From Parcubacteria group bacterium (GTDB lineage Bacteria > Patescibacteriota > Minisyncoccia > UBA6257 > UBA11618): DNA of 64,000 nucleotides. Position 1 is the stretch's first letter. Every line of letters begins with the position of its first letter. Positions 1 through 9,106 of the stretch are shown piece by piece. Under the pieces are notes generated by a model. That model searched no databases. It was not told the origin of the DNA and worked only from the letters and a program-made list of their open reading frames with translations. Both the position numbers and the translations under genes were made by a program. The DNA lies in the NCBI GenBank assembly GCA_943357895.1, contig CALRGO010000003.1, forward strand, positions 15,389-79,388, given 5' to 3'.

Positions 1-413
1 CCAAAATCGACTTTTGAATTTTCCGGAACGATTTCAGGAAAGGCGGTGTGTTCGCGGATACCGATCGTAAGATTACCGTTCGCGTCGATATTCTTTGTGG
101 GGATGCCACGGAAGTCGCGCACACGAGGAAAGACGATAGCGTTAAGCCGTTCCAAAAAGTCGCGCATACGCTTACCACGCAAGGTCGCGTTCATGCCGAC
201 GACCGTCCCCTGCCGCAATTTAAAACCGGCGATAGACTTTGCCGCGTGGCGCAATGCCGGCTTTTGACCGGTGACCGCCTTGAACTCGGCGATGATTTCC
301 GGAAGCACCTTATCATCGAAGTGGGCATTCGAAGTCGCCATGCGACCGACGCCGGTGTTTACTACTATCTTATGTAATACGCTTTGCGCGGTTATGGTTT
401 GTTTTACTGCCAT
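1..413 (-). CDS. rplE: 50S ribosomal protein uL5 (runs off the left edge; short N-terminus)
   Basis: Manual translation from ATG 413: MAVKQTITAQSVLHKIVVNTGVG...TGQKP...KSIAGFKLRQG...PRVRDFRG; follows rplX. Confidence 0.95.
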   Translation of the reverse strand, partial: MAVKQTITAQSVLHKIVVNTGVGRMATSNAHFDDKVLPEIIAEFKAVTGQKPALRHAAKSIAGFKLRQGTVVGMNATLRGKRMRDFLERLNAIVFPRVRDFRGIPTKNIDANGNLTIGIREHTAFPEIVPENSKVDF

Positions 414-418
414 ATCTT

Positions 419-724
419 TTAGATTGCTGCCTTGCACTTTTTACACATACGCGCCTTTTTATCCCCCACGAGGGCACTGCCCATGCGCGACGGCTTGCCG
501 CACTTAGGGCAGATAACCATCACATTCGCCGCCGCAACGAAGCGGGGTACGGAAATAATCTCACCCTTACCTCCCTGCGCGCGCGGCTTCTTATTGCGCT
601 TTAGCATGTTCAAACCCTCCACAAGGACCTTGCCGGACGTTTTTTCAACGCGTAAAATTGTAGCCTGTTTTCCGGCATCTTTTCCTACCATCATCTGTAC
701 GAGGTCTCCCTTCCTGATCTTCAT
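419..724 (-). CDS. rplX: 50S ribosomal protein uL24
   Basis: MKIRKGDLVQMMVGKDAGKQ KOW motif; start moved to ATG 724. Confidence 0.96.
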   Translation of the reverse strand: MKIRKGDLVQMMVGKDAGKQATILRVEKTSGKVLVEGLNMLKRNKKPRAQGGKGEIISVPRFVAAANVMVICPKCGKPSRMGSALVGDKKARMCKKCKAAI

Positions 725-743
725 GGGTTTAGTGAATAAGAAG

Positions 744-772
744 AGTATATCCGATGTTGGCACTTTTATCAA
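744..772 (-). promoter_or_regulatory. sigma70-type promoter for rplX-rplE
   Basis: TTGATA-N17-TATACT on minus strand in the rplN-rplX gap. Confidence 0.6.
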
Positions 773-852
773 GCGGAAAAAACGCAAGAAAAAACTGCGC
801 TTTTGACACAGTATTTCTTTACGCGGTAGGACTTATGAAAAGGGATGCAGTC

Positions 853-1221
853 CTACACGATTTCTTCGGCGAGGGAGAAGATACCGTCGAAGCCCTTTTC
901 CTTAATCTCGCGCGGGATCGGCCCGAAGATGCGAGTTGCGCGCGGCTGCTTCTTTTCGTCTACCAATACGACGGCGTTGTCGTCGAAGCGCACATGCGTG
1001 CCGTCGGCACGGACGAACGCCTTTGCCGTGCGCACAATAAGACACTTCACAATCTCTTTCTTCTTCACGGCCTTGCGAGGTTCGGCGCTCTGCACGGAGG
1101 CGATAACAATTTCACCCAAGCGTGCGTAGCGCTTACGGCTGCCGCCTAAGAGGCGGAAAATGCGCACAAACTTTGCACCCGAGTTATCCGCCACCTTCAT
1201 TATTGAACGTTCCTGTACCAT
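853..1221 (-). CDS. rplN: 50S ribosomal protein uL14
   Basis: VADNSGAK...RFDDNAVV...TRIFGP. Confidence 0.98.
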   Translation of the reverse strand: MVQERSIMKVADNSGAKFVRIFRLLGGSRKRYARLGEIVIASVQSAEPRKAVKKKEIVKCLIVRTAKAFVRADGTHVRFDDNAVVLVDEKKQPRATRIFGPIPREIKEKGFDGIFSLAEEIV

Positions 1222-1231
1222 ATATTTTTTA

Positions 1232-1492
1232 TTACGCTCGGCTCACGATTATCCAACGCTTTTCTTTCGACATCGGTCGGGTCGCTTGAATGACTACCTT
1301 ATCCCCTTCTTTATATTCGTTCTTTTCGTCGTGCGCCTTAAAGCGAGAATGCGCGATGTACTGCTTTAAGTACTTCGGGTGGCGCTTCGTTATGGAAACT
1401 TCTACCACGCGCGTCTTTTGCATTTTATCGGAAACAACAACGCCTTCGCGGGTGCGAATTTGGACGGCTTTCTTTTCTATAGTTGTTTTCAT
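1232..1492 (-). CDS. rpsQ: 30S ribosomal protein uS17
   Basis: GVVVSDKMQKT...HPKY...AHDE...RPMSKEKRW. Confidence 0.96.
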   Translation of the reverse strand: MKTTIEKKAVQIRTREGVVVSDKMQKTRVVEVSITKRHPKYLKQYIAHSRFKAHDEKNEYKEGDKVVIQATRPMSKEKRWIIVSRA

Positions 1493-1496
1493 TTTT

Positions 1497-1706
1497 TTAT
1501 TTGCCAGCGATCCGCAAACCGGATGCAACGGTAAGGGCGCGGGCGATCGTCTTTTTCGCCGCTTGGATTTCCTTTATGTTCTTCGTTTTACCCGCGGCTA
1601 AATCAATCCTATAATGCCACACTTTTGCGCGAAGTTCTAGGGCGAGCTTTTCGAGCTCGGCTCTTGTCTTCCCTTTAAATTCTGTAAGCTGCTTTTCGTG
1701 TTTCAT
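1497..1706 (-). CDS. rpmC: 50S ribosomal protein uL29
   Basis: Position between rplP and rpsQ; KKTIARALT motif. Confidence 0.88.
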   Translation of the reverse strand: MKHEKQLTEFKGKTRAELEKLALELRAKVWHYRIDLAAGKTKNIKEIQAAKKTIARALTVASGLRIAGK

Positions 1707-1714
1707 AGTTCTTA

Positions 1715-2128
1715 TTAGAGCTTACTTATCATCTTCGTCTTTACCGGCAGTTTGTGGCCGGCGAGGCGCAGCGCCGCCTTTGCCATTGTCGGCGTTACAC
1801 CATCCATTTCAAATAAAATCCTTCCCCTGCGGACGGGGCACACAAAATGGTCGGGACTTCCCTTACCACCACCTAAAGTAGTTTCAGGCGGGCGGGAAGT
1901 GATAGGCTTGTCAGGAAAAATACGAATCCAAATCTTGCCTTCACGCTTAATGAAGTTAGTAAGCGCACGGCGCGCAGCTTCGATTTGGCGGGAGGTGATC
2001 CATGCAATGCCTTCGGAGCGAAGGCCGAACGAGCCGTACGATAACGTCGTGCCACGGGTTTCTACCGTGCGCTTGCGCGAACGTCCTTTTTGCCACTTGC
2101 GGTGTTTTACTTTCTTAGGTAAGAGCAT
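1715..2128 (-). CDS. rplP: 50S ribosomal protein uL16
   Basis: [11 protein letters not shown]...QIEAARRA...WIRIFPDKP. Confidence 0.98.
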   Translation of the reverse strand: MLLPKKVKHRKWQKGRSRKRTVETRGTTLSYGSFGLRSEGIAWITSRQIEAARRALTNFIKREGKIWIRIFPDKPITSRPPETTLGGGKGSPDHFVCPVRRGRILFEMDGVTPTMAKAALRLAGHKLPVKTKMISKL

Positions 2129-2132
2129 TTGT

Positions 2133-2816
2133 TTATTTTTTAGCTACTTCCTCAAACACGTCGCCCTTGTAAATCATGACCTTAATACCGATGGTGCCGT
2201 AGGTCGTAAACGCCGTGTTTTCACTGTAATCTATGTTTGCGCGAAGCGTTTGGAGCGGCAGGCGACCCTTTGCAAGCCACTGACGGCGGGCAATTTCCGC
2301 GCCGTCGATGCGGCCCGAAAAGTGCAAGCGCGCACCAAGCACTTCCTTGTTCTGCATTATGAAATCCAAGTGCTTTTTCATCGTGCGGCGAGCGGGTAAA
2401 CGCTTTTCCAAGTCCGCGGCGATCTGCTGGCCAATGTTTACGGCCGAAATCTCGAAGCGGCGCAATTCGTCTATCGTGAGGTTAACGGAAAACTGGGGCA
2501 TCTTGCCGCCGCGCGTTTTAAAAAGCTTCGTAAGAGCCGTTTCCAAAGTCTTATGAAGCGTCTCAATGCCTTTACCGCCACGGCCGATAATAAACCCCGG
2601 CCGCGCCGCCTTAATCACAACGCGGAAGCTGTTGTTCATAGTGCGTTCGATATCAACGCGCACAACTCCTGCCGCCGCCATTTTTTCGTCGATTATATTC
2701 CTAATAAGCGTATCCTCCTCGAGATTATTGCGGAAGCTCGCACGGGCAAACCAGCGCGACTTCCATGTCCCGATAATCCCCAACCGAAATGAATCTGGCC
2801 GTATTTTATTTCCCAT
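2133..2816 (-). CDS. rpsC: 30S ribosomal protein uS3
   Basis: [13 protein letters not shown] motif; [14 protein letters not shown]. Confidence 0.98.
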   Translation of the reverse strand: MGNKIRPDSFRLGIIGTWKSRWFARASFRNNLEEDTLIRNIIDEKMAAAGVVRVDIERTMNNSFRVVIKAARPGFIIGRGGKGIETLHKTLETALTKLFKTRGGKMPQFSVNLTIDELRRFEISAVNIGQQIAADLEKRLPARRTMKKHLDFIMQNKEVLGARLHFSGRIDGAEIARRQWLAKGRLPLQTLRANIDYSENTAFTTYGTIGIKVMIYKGDVFEEVAKK

Positions 2817-2822
2817 ATATTT

Positions 2823-3329
2823 TTATTCTCCTGTTTTACGCCTGAATACGCGGCGCATAAAGCCCGGATCCTCGGCCCTCTTCTTATCTTTCGTAATTAT
2901 CTTACCCTTTGCGCCCGCGACCTTCGGCTTTACTTCACGCTTAGAAGCGTCTGCCTTTTTAGCACGGATTACGGTAAAGCGTTGCGTAAAGTCCTTCTCA
3001 GCCTCGGAAAGGATAATAGTCACGTGGCTGCTCTTCTTATGAATAGGTGTTGCCATACCCTTCGCGCGCGGAAGTGAACGCTTTAATGTCGGTCCTTGGT
3101 CTACGCGAATAGTCGCGACTTTCAGCTTTGCACCCACCATATTCTGCGCTTTCGCGGAAGAGATGACTGAGCGGAGCAACTTTAAGATTGCCGGAGCGGC
3201 ACGCTTTTTCATCATCATAAGCTGGGCTTCGGCCTCGAACGCGGACATACCGCGGATTACATCAACGACAAGCCGCACCTTGCGGGGAGCCATACGGAGA
3301 TAATTAAGTTGTGCGGATGCGGTTGTCAT
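2823..3329 (-). CDS. rplV: 50S ribosomal protein uL22 with basic C-terminal extension
   Basis: RMAPRKVRLVVDVIRG...PRAKG...SHVTIIL. Confidence 0.96.
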   Translation of the reverse strand: MTTASAQLNYLRMAPRKVRLVVDVIRGMSAFEAEAQLMMMKKRAAPAILKLLRSVISSAKAQNMVGAKLKVATIRVDQGPTLKRSLPRAKGMATPIHKKSSHVTIILSEAEKDFTQRFTVIRAKKADASKREVKPKVAGAKGKIITKDKKRAEDPGFMRRVFRRKTGE

Positions 3330-3339
3330 ATACTATATA

Positions 3340-3666
3340 TTATTTCTTTTTCGGAGCAGCGCCTGCGGCATCTTTCGTGGCCGCGCCCTTTTCTATATCA
3401 CGCTGGATCTTACCGCCGTGCTTTGTGAACTTACGCGTCGGCGAGAATTCACCTAAGCGATGGCCAACCATTTCTTCTTTAATAGAAACGGGGATGTGCT
3501 GCCTACCGTTGTGTACACCAATCGTGATACCGACCATATCAGGAGAAATTTCAGAATCGCGCGACCACGTCTTAATTCCTTCCGTTTCGCCAGCGGCGCG
3601 TAACTTCATAACCTTCTTCATTAGTTTTGGGTCGATGAACGGCCCTTTTTTAGAACTTCTGGACAT
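3340..3666 (-). CDS. rpsS: 30S ribosomal protein uS19
   Basis: [10 protein letters not shown]...KTWSR...[13 protein letters not shown]. Confidence 0.98.
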   Translation of the reverse strand: MSRSSKKGPFIDPKLMKKVMKLRAAGETEGIKTWSRDSEISPDMVGITIGVHNGRQHIPVSIKEEMVGHRLGEFSPTRKFTKHGGKIQRDIEKGAATKDAAGAAPKKK

Positions 3667-3675
3667 ATAGTTGGT

Positions 3676-4518
3676 TTAACGGATCTTAGGACGACGGCGT
3701 ACGATGAGCGGGTTCGACCACTTGTTGCGGTTGCGGGTTTTTTTACCACCCGTAATGTTACCCCAGATGTCTTTCGGCCGACGCGTACCACGCGGCTGGC
3801 GCTGTTCGCCGCCGCCGTACTTGTGGTCGCAGGGGTTCATGGCAGTACCGCGAACAGTCGGCCTGATTCCCATCCACCGCGAGCGACCCGCCTTACCGAA
3901 GTTCGTAAGACCCCAGTCGACGTTCGATACTTGGCCCACGGTCGCTAAGGACGTCCATAAAACGCGGCGTACTTCCTTTGACGGCATCTTGAGCGTGGTA
4001 TAGCCGGCGTCGTGGCCAAGCACTTCGGCGGCCGACCCGGCAGAGCGGATAAGCTTACCACCGCAACCGCGCTGCATTTCGATGTTATGCACCTGCGCGC
4101 CTACCAAGATATTTTTAAGTACCATACGGTTGCCAGACTTAAGTGGCGTTGTTTCGGACGTTACAATAACGTCGCCTTTCTTCATTCCGTGGGGGGCTAA
4201 GACATACCGACGCTCGCCGTCTTTATATACCACAAGCGCGATAAACGCCGTGCGGTACGGGTCGTATTCAATAGTTTCTACACGGCCCGGAATATCAAAC
4301 TTATCCTGCTTAAAGTCCACCATACGGTAGGTTTTCTTATTGCCACCGCCTTGATGACGCACGGTAATAATGCCGCGGTGGTTGCGCGCAGCCTTGTTCT
4401 TTAAGTGCTTCGTGAGCGGCTTATAGGGGTTTGACTTAGAAACGGTCAAAACCGAATAATCCACGGTGGTCATCTGCCTCCGCGAAGCGCTCGTAGGTTT
4501 GTAGGTCTTGACTGCCAT
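3676..4518 (-). CDS. rplB: 50S ribosomal protein uL2
   Basis: IEYDPYRTA...GKAGRSRW...RPTVRGTAMNPCDH. Confidence 0.98.
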   Translation of the reverse strand: MAVKTYKPTSASRRQMTTVDYSVLTVSKSNPYKPLTKHLKNKAARNHRGIITVRHQGGGNKKTYRMVDFKQDKFDIPGRVETIEYDPYRTAFIALVVYKDGERRYVLAPHGMKKGDVIVTSETTPLKSGNRMVLKNILVGAQVHNIEMQRGCGGKLIRSAGSAAEVLGHDAGYTTLKMPSKEVRRVLWTSLATVGQVSNVDWGLTNFGKAGRSRWMGIRPTVRGTAMNPCDHKYGGGEQRQPRGTRRPKDIWGNITGGKKTRNRNKWSNPLIVRRRPKIR

Positions 4519-4522
4519 GTGA

Positions 4523-4804
4523 TTATTGCGAAAGTATATCGAGTTTCTCGCCTTTCTTCAAGGTAACGGTCGCCTTTTTAAAGCTAGGGCGCATGCCCAT
4601 AACGCGGCCACGGCGACGTTCCTTCGGGCGCGTGTTAATAACGTGTACCTGAGTGACATGTACCTTATATTCCGCCTCGATTGCCTTTTTAACCTCGGAC
4701 TTCGTCGTATCGCCCGCAACCACGAACGTGTACTTGCCTTGCGCAGACATTGCCGCGGTCTTTTCGGTGATAAACGGCTTTTTGATTATAAATAGGTTTG
4801 CCAT
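4523..4804 (-). CDS. rplW: 50S ribosomal protein uL23
   Basis: PFITEKT...KSEVKKAIE...KKATVTL. Confidence 0.95.
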   Translation of the reverse strand: MANLFIIKKPFITEKTAAMSAQGKYTFVVAGDTTKSEVKKAIEAEYKVHVTQVHVINTRPKERRRGRVMGMRPSFKKATVTLKKGEKLDILSQ

Positions 4805-4811
4805 GTTTTTG

Positions 4812-5405
4812 TTATTTGATTCCGAGGGCAGCCTCACGGTCGATAAGGATGGTCTTAAACTTCAGTAAGTCATGAACGTTCAACGATTGTGGGTCGAGTG
4901 CCTTGACCTTTTGGATGTTTGCCGACGCGCGGAAGATATCCTTATTGCCCGTTGCAGGAATAAGGAGTGTGCCCTTCGGCACCCACTTTAATTCGCGTGT
5001 GCGTGGCTCCTTAATAGCTAACGTGTCGATGACTTTAAACTCGCCGTCGGCAATCTTTTTAGAAAGCGCAACATACACGCCTGCCTTTATCATTTTCTTG
5101 TTTATCTTTTGCGTGTAGTCGCGATCGTTGCGCGGACCGAATGTGGCGCCGCCACCCTTCCATAGTGGTGAGCGAGTCGAACCATGGCGAGCGCGACCCG
5201 TACCTTTTTGGCGCCACGGCTTTTTACCACCACCCGATACTTCGTCGCGTTGCTTTGTGTGCGCTAAAGGCTGGCGGCGGTTTGCAGCTGCGGCGACGAC
5301 GATTTGGTGAATTAAATCAGGGTTCCATGCGCGGCCGAAGATTGCGTCAGATACTTCGACGTCCCCTACCTGTTTCATAGCCCTGTCGTATACGGGAAGT
5401 TTCAT
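4812..5405 (-). CDS. rplD: 50S ribosomal protein uL4
   Basis: GGGKKPWRQKGTGRARHGS. Confidence 0.98.
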   Translation of the reverse strand: MKLPVYDRAMKQVGDVEVSDAIFGRAWNPDLIHQIVVAAAANRRQPLAHTKQRDEVSGGGKKPWRQKGTGRARHGSTRSPLWKGGGATFGPRNDRDYTQKINKKMIKAGVYVALSKKIADGEFKVIDTLAIKEPRTRELKWVPKGTLLIPATGNKDIFRASANIQKVKALDPQSLNVHDLLKFKTILIDREAALGIK

Positions 5406-5409
5406 GGTT

Positions 5410-5832
5410 TTATGCGCTTATTTCGATACGGCCCTTTTTCGGCCCGGGGACTGCACCGCGCAGGTATACCTCGCGGGATTCAGGCTTTACTTCGACTACT
5501 TTCAAGTTCTTAATAGTCACGCGGATGACGCCCATGTGGCCGGCCATGCGGAGACCCGGAATAACGCGCTGGGCGGCAGTGTTACCAATGGACCCGGGGG
5601 CGCGAAAGCGGTTCTTTTGGCCGTGAGTCTTAGGCCCGCCGTGAAAGTCGTGGCGCTTTACCACACCTGCGAAGCCATGGCCCTTCGTAATGCCCGCGAC
5701 GTTTACCAAGGCGTTTTCGGTAAGGACGGAAAGGTCGCTACCCTCCGCCATCTTTAAGATCGTTACGGGCACCATAATATCGCCCTTCCAGATCTGCGTC
5801 ATATTCGACTTGGTGCCTATCAACTTGAACAT
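5410..5832 (-). CDS. rplC: 50S ribosomal protein uL3, internally shortened (~140 aa; start could be 5841)
   Basis: IGTKSNMTQ...VPVTIL; KGHGFAGVVKRH; RAPGSIG; MAGHMG; GAVPG. Confidence 0.93.
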   Translation of the reverse strand: MFKLIGTKSNMTQIWKGDIMVPVTILKMAEGSDLSVLTENALVNVAGITKGHGFAGVVKRHDFHGGPKTHGQKNRFRAPGSIGNTAAQRVIPGLRMAGHMGVIRVTIKNLKVVEVKPESREVYLRGAVPGPKKGRIEISA

Positions 5833-6025
5833 AGTATTCATTGGTTGCAACAGTTTTTTAATAGTACACGAAGATGCTTAATTTCGCAAGCCGCATAAAA
5901 GCCCATGGATACTGGGGTTTTGATGTTGTTTTTGACAACGTGTAAAAAGTGCATGATTATTAATACTTAGTAACCTGCAGGGCGTTCCTGCGGGCATCTA
6001 CCACCAAAAACCAAGGAGACTTGGC

Positions 6026-6310
6026 ATGCGAACCAACCGATATAGAGTATTCATCTTTCCTCATGCCGATGATCGGGATACGGAAAACGGCAACCACGCC
6101 CTGCGCCACGCCGGATCAGAAGAAATTGTCACGTTCATCTCTATAAGCGACGCTCTTAAGGAGATGAACGAACGGCAAATTGACTATGGAGTATTCACCG
6201 AGATCATTGACCTCGATACAGGAAATTCCGTACTCGAAACGACCGACAAAGGACGGACATGGCGTACGCTAGCCTGCGCCCACAAGCCCGCTAAGTCCGT
6301 CCCCGCCTGA
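6026..6310 (+). CDS. Hypothetical protein, stand-alone gene between rpsJ and rplC
   Basis: 94-aa ORF, TTGACA at 5932, SD AAGGAG, downstream hairpin plus T-tract. Confidence 0.7.
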   Translation: MRTNRYRVFIFPHADDRDTENGNHALRHAGSEEIVTFISISDALKEMNERQIDYGVFTEIIDLDTGNSVLETTDKGRTWRTLACAHKPAKSVPA

Positions 6311-6339
6311 GGCGAGTCTACCTCCGCCTTAGGCACTAA

Positions 6340-6372
6340 CCCCGTCGCATAAGGATGTGCGCGGGGTTTTTT
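6340..6372 (+). terminator. Intrinsic terminator of the orphan gene
   Basis: ccccgtcgcat...gtgcgcgggg followed by tttttt. Confidence 0.6.
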
Positions 6373-6375
6373 ACA

Positions 6376-6407
6376 CCCGCCTTCGTAAAAACCTCAGGCG
6401 AGGTAAG
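6376..6407. repeat. REP-like element (CCCGCCTTCG...GGCG type)
   Basis: Resembles the reverse complement of the element inside mutY (29651-29681). Confidence 0.5.
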
Positions 6408-6418
6408 GTTTTTTAGCT

Positions 6419-6454
6419 AACAAAAAACCGCATATTATTGCGGTATTTTTTGTT
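6419..6454 (-). terminator. Terminator after rpsJ
   Basis: aacaaaaaaccgca-tatta-tgcggtattttttgtt inverted repeat. Confidence 0.7.
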
Positions 6455-6465
6455 AGAGAAAGCCC

Positions 6466-6792
6466 TTACATCATCTTTATCTCGATATCGACGCCCGCGG
6501 GAAGGCTTATTTTTGAAAGCGCCTCGACGATTGCGGGGTTGATATTCATTATGTCGATGAGGCGCTTGTGCACCCGCAGCTCGAACTGTTCACGTGAATT
6601 CTTATGGACAAAGGTAGAACGGTTAACCGTGTACTTTTGGATCTCCGTCGGCAAGGGAACGGGGCCGATTACTTCAGCATCGAGGCGCCGCGCGGTTTCT
6701 ACTATCTGCCGCGCGGAGCTGTCGATGAGCTTATGGTCGTACGCCTTTATGCGCAGGCGCAACTTTTCCACTTTTTGCTTTTCTTTGACCAT
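6466..6792 (-). CDS. rpsJ: 30S ribosomal protein uS10
   Basis: [11 protein letters not shown]...GPVPLPT...[15 protein letters not shown]. Confidence 0.98.
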   Translation of the reverse strand: MVKEKQKVEKLRLRIKAYDHKLIDSSARQIVETARRLDAEVIGPVPLPTEIQKYTVNRSTFVHKNSREQFELRVHKRLIDIMNINPAIVEALSKISLPAGVDIEIKMM

Positions 6793-6825
6793 ATAATTGT
6801 AAGGAGCTTACGGGTTAGTAGCGCG

Positions 6826-8025
6826 TTATTTTATGATCTTCGTGATGACACCAGCGCCCACCGTCTTACCGCCTTCGCGGATGGCGAAACGCTGCTTGTC
6901 TTCGAGCGCGACCGGCATGATGAGCTTCACGTTAAGCTTAATCGTGTCGCCCGGCATGACCATTTCCGTACCTTCCGGCAAAATGCATTCACCCGTAACA
7001 TCAGTGGTACGCATATAGAACTGAGGCTTATATCCCTTGAAGAATGGGGTGTGGCGACCGCCTTCTTCCTTGCTCAAAACGTAGATTTCTGTTTCGAACT
7101 CGGTGTGCGGCAAAACCGTTCCGGGCTTCGCCAAAACCTGTCCGCGCTCCACGTCTTCTTTCTTCAAACCGCGGAGAAGGATGCCGACGTTATCACCGGC
7201 GCGGCCTTCGTCTAAAAGCTTGTTGAACATTTCGACGCCCGTTACAATCGTCTTTTGGGTCGTACGGAGGCCGACAATCTCGATTTCTTCATTAACCTTA
7301 ATAATACCGCGCTCGATACGGCCGGTTACGACGGTTCCCCTGCCTTCAATCGAGAAAATGTCTTCTACCGGCATAAGGAACGGCTTGTCAATTTCGCGCT
7401 TCGGCTCCGGGATGTATTCGTCGAGCGCTTTCACGAGGTCTAAAATCGGCTGGCAGGCAGGGTCGTTAAGATCCGGCGCATCCAAGGCTTTCAAAGCAGA
7501 GCCACGGATGACGGGAATACTATCGCCAGGGAATTCATACTTTTTCAAGAGTTCGCGGACTTCGGCCTCGACGAGGTCAATAAGCTCCGGATCATCCACC
7601 ATGTCCACCTTGTTCAAAAACACTACAAGGGCAGGGACGCCGACCTGACGGGCAAGCAAAATGTGCTCGCGGGTCTGGGGCATCGGGCCGTCAGCGGCAG
7701 AAACAACAATAACCGCACCGTCCATCTGGGCGGCACCGGTGATCATGTTCTTGATGTAGTCAGCGTGGCCAGGGGCGTCGATGTGCGCGTAGTGGCGCTT
7801 TTCCGACTCGTATTCCGAGTGGTGGATGGAAATGGTGATACCACGGGCCTTTTCTTCAGGGCTCTTGTCGAGCTCGTCAACGGTAACTTCCTTGCCGGCG
7901 AAGCCCTTCATGTGAAGAACGTGCGTAATAGCCGCGGTAAGGGTGGACTTGCCGTGGTCGACGTGACCGATAGTGCCGACGTTAACGTGCGGCTTATTGC
8001 GTTCGAATTTTGCTTTTTCTGCCAT
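6826..8025 (-). CDS. tuf: Elongation factor Tu
   Basis: [34 protein letters not shown]. Confidence 0.99.
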   Translation of the reverse strand: MAEKAKFERNKPHVNVGTIGHVDHGKSTLTAAITHVLHMKGFAGKEVTVDELDKSPEEKARGITISIHHSEYESEKRHYAHIDAPGHADYIKNMITGAAQMDGAVIVVSAADGPMPQTREHILLARQVGVPALVVFLNKVDMVDDPELIDLVEAEVRELLKKYEFPGDSIPVIRGSALKALDAPDLNDPACQPILDLVKALDEYIPEPKREIDKPFLMPVEDIFSIEGRGTVVTGRIERGIIKVNEEIEIVGLRTTQKTIVTGVEMFNKLLDEGRAGDNVGILLRGLKKEDVERGQVLAKPGTVLPHTEFETEIYVLSKEEGGRHTPFFKGYKPQFYMRTTDVTGECILPEGTEMVMPGDTIKLNVKLIMPVALEDKQRFAIREGGKTVGAGVITKIIK

Positions 8026-8124
8026 ATGTGCTGTTTTGCTTAATTAGTTATTTATATATGCGTGCTTTTTCGACGAAGTTGAAACTAAGCATACCAAGAG
8101 GCTTAAGGGGTGTCAATATGATTA

Positions 8125-9036
8125 TTATTTAAGCGTACTGCCCATTACAATGCCGTTTGCCCAGTAATAACCGGTTTCGCCTGCAGGCAAAATGTCGTAT
8201 GTTGCCGAACCTTCGTAAGCCTTCAAAACGACGCTTCTGACTATCGAGCCGTCATATGCTTCGCCCACCTTCAAGTCGCCCACCGTGCGCCCGTCTGCCG
8301 TTGGGTGAGGAGCGGATACGTCGAGCGTGCGGCCGTCTGCTAATACAAGGTGCACGACGCGGTGATTAATGGCTGGAATGCGCGAAACTTTCAAAAGGGT
8401 GCGGACGACACGGTTGCCGGTAGCGTCCGCAGTCCAAATAATATCGCCCACTTTAAGGCTGGTAACAGCTACATCGCCAATAGGAGTAGAAATTTTAGAG
8501 GTAAAAGAGAGACACTTCCAGCATAGTGTTGCTGTATCTGATGCGGAAATACAAATACCACCTGATCCCTGAGCACAGGATCTACATCCCGTAGTAGTAT
8601 TACAATTTCTAGCAGAAACGGTACTGCAGTCTACTGAGACACTACAAGAAGCGATGCAAGCGCCATTACTAAAAGTTGTATTTGATCCGCAACATTCGTC
8701 TCCAGTACAAGACCCGCCTCTTCCAACTGGCCCGCGCGACGTAGGACTTATTCCGTTAGCAGCAGGATCGGCTGACCCCGGTTGAGCGACTGATTCGCGC
8801 TGCACCGGAGCGCTCGTAACGCCCGCACTAGAGGGATAATTATTTACGGGAACCGGATTAGGCGTTCTAAATCCGAGCCAATTTAAAAAATTCACATAAG
8901 TCTGCCCCAATAAAGATTGCCTTTGTATTAAAACCCGCTGAGGATAGACCGTCTGCGCCGAAGCAAAAGGAATACCGACGCATGTAACGACTAATCCCAT
9001 ACTAAAAATACATACTATTTTATTTATTTTTTTCAT
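8125..9036 (-). CDS. Secreted Cys-rich protein with C-terminal Hint (Hedgehog/intein-like) domain
   Basis: Signal peptide (...PFASA), P/S linker, 11-Cys region, then CLSFTSKISTP (block A), SAPHP (block B), YDIL...YWANGIVMGS (blocks F/G without terminal Asn). Confidence 0.85.
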   Translation of the reverse strand: MKKINKIVCIFSMGLVVTCVGIPFASAQTVYPQRVLIQRQSLLGQTYVNFLNWLGFRTPNPVPVNNYPSSAGVTSAPVQRESVAQPGSADPAANGISPTSRGPVGRGGSCTGDECCGSNTTFSNGACIASCSVSVDCSTVSARNCNTTTGCRSCAQGSGGICISASDTATLCWKCLSFTSKISTPIGDVAVTSLKVGDIIWTADATGNRVVRTLLKVSRIPAINHRVVHLVLADGRTLDVSAPHPTADGRTVGDLKVGEAYDGSIVRSVVLKAYEGSATYDILPAGETGYYWANGIVMGSTLK

Positions 9037-9106
9037 ACCTTATATACTACTCCTTTATAAAAGCTCTAAGCAATAAAAAACCGCCCCGTAGGGCGATTTT
9101 TTAAGA

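Noticed and set aside
8125-8514. Hint domain as a true splicing intein or mobile element
   Set aside because: No terminal His-Asn, no C-extein, no endonuclease domain
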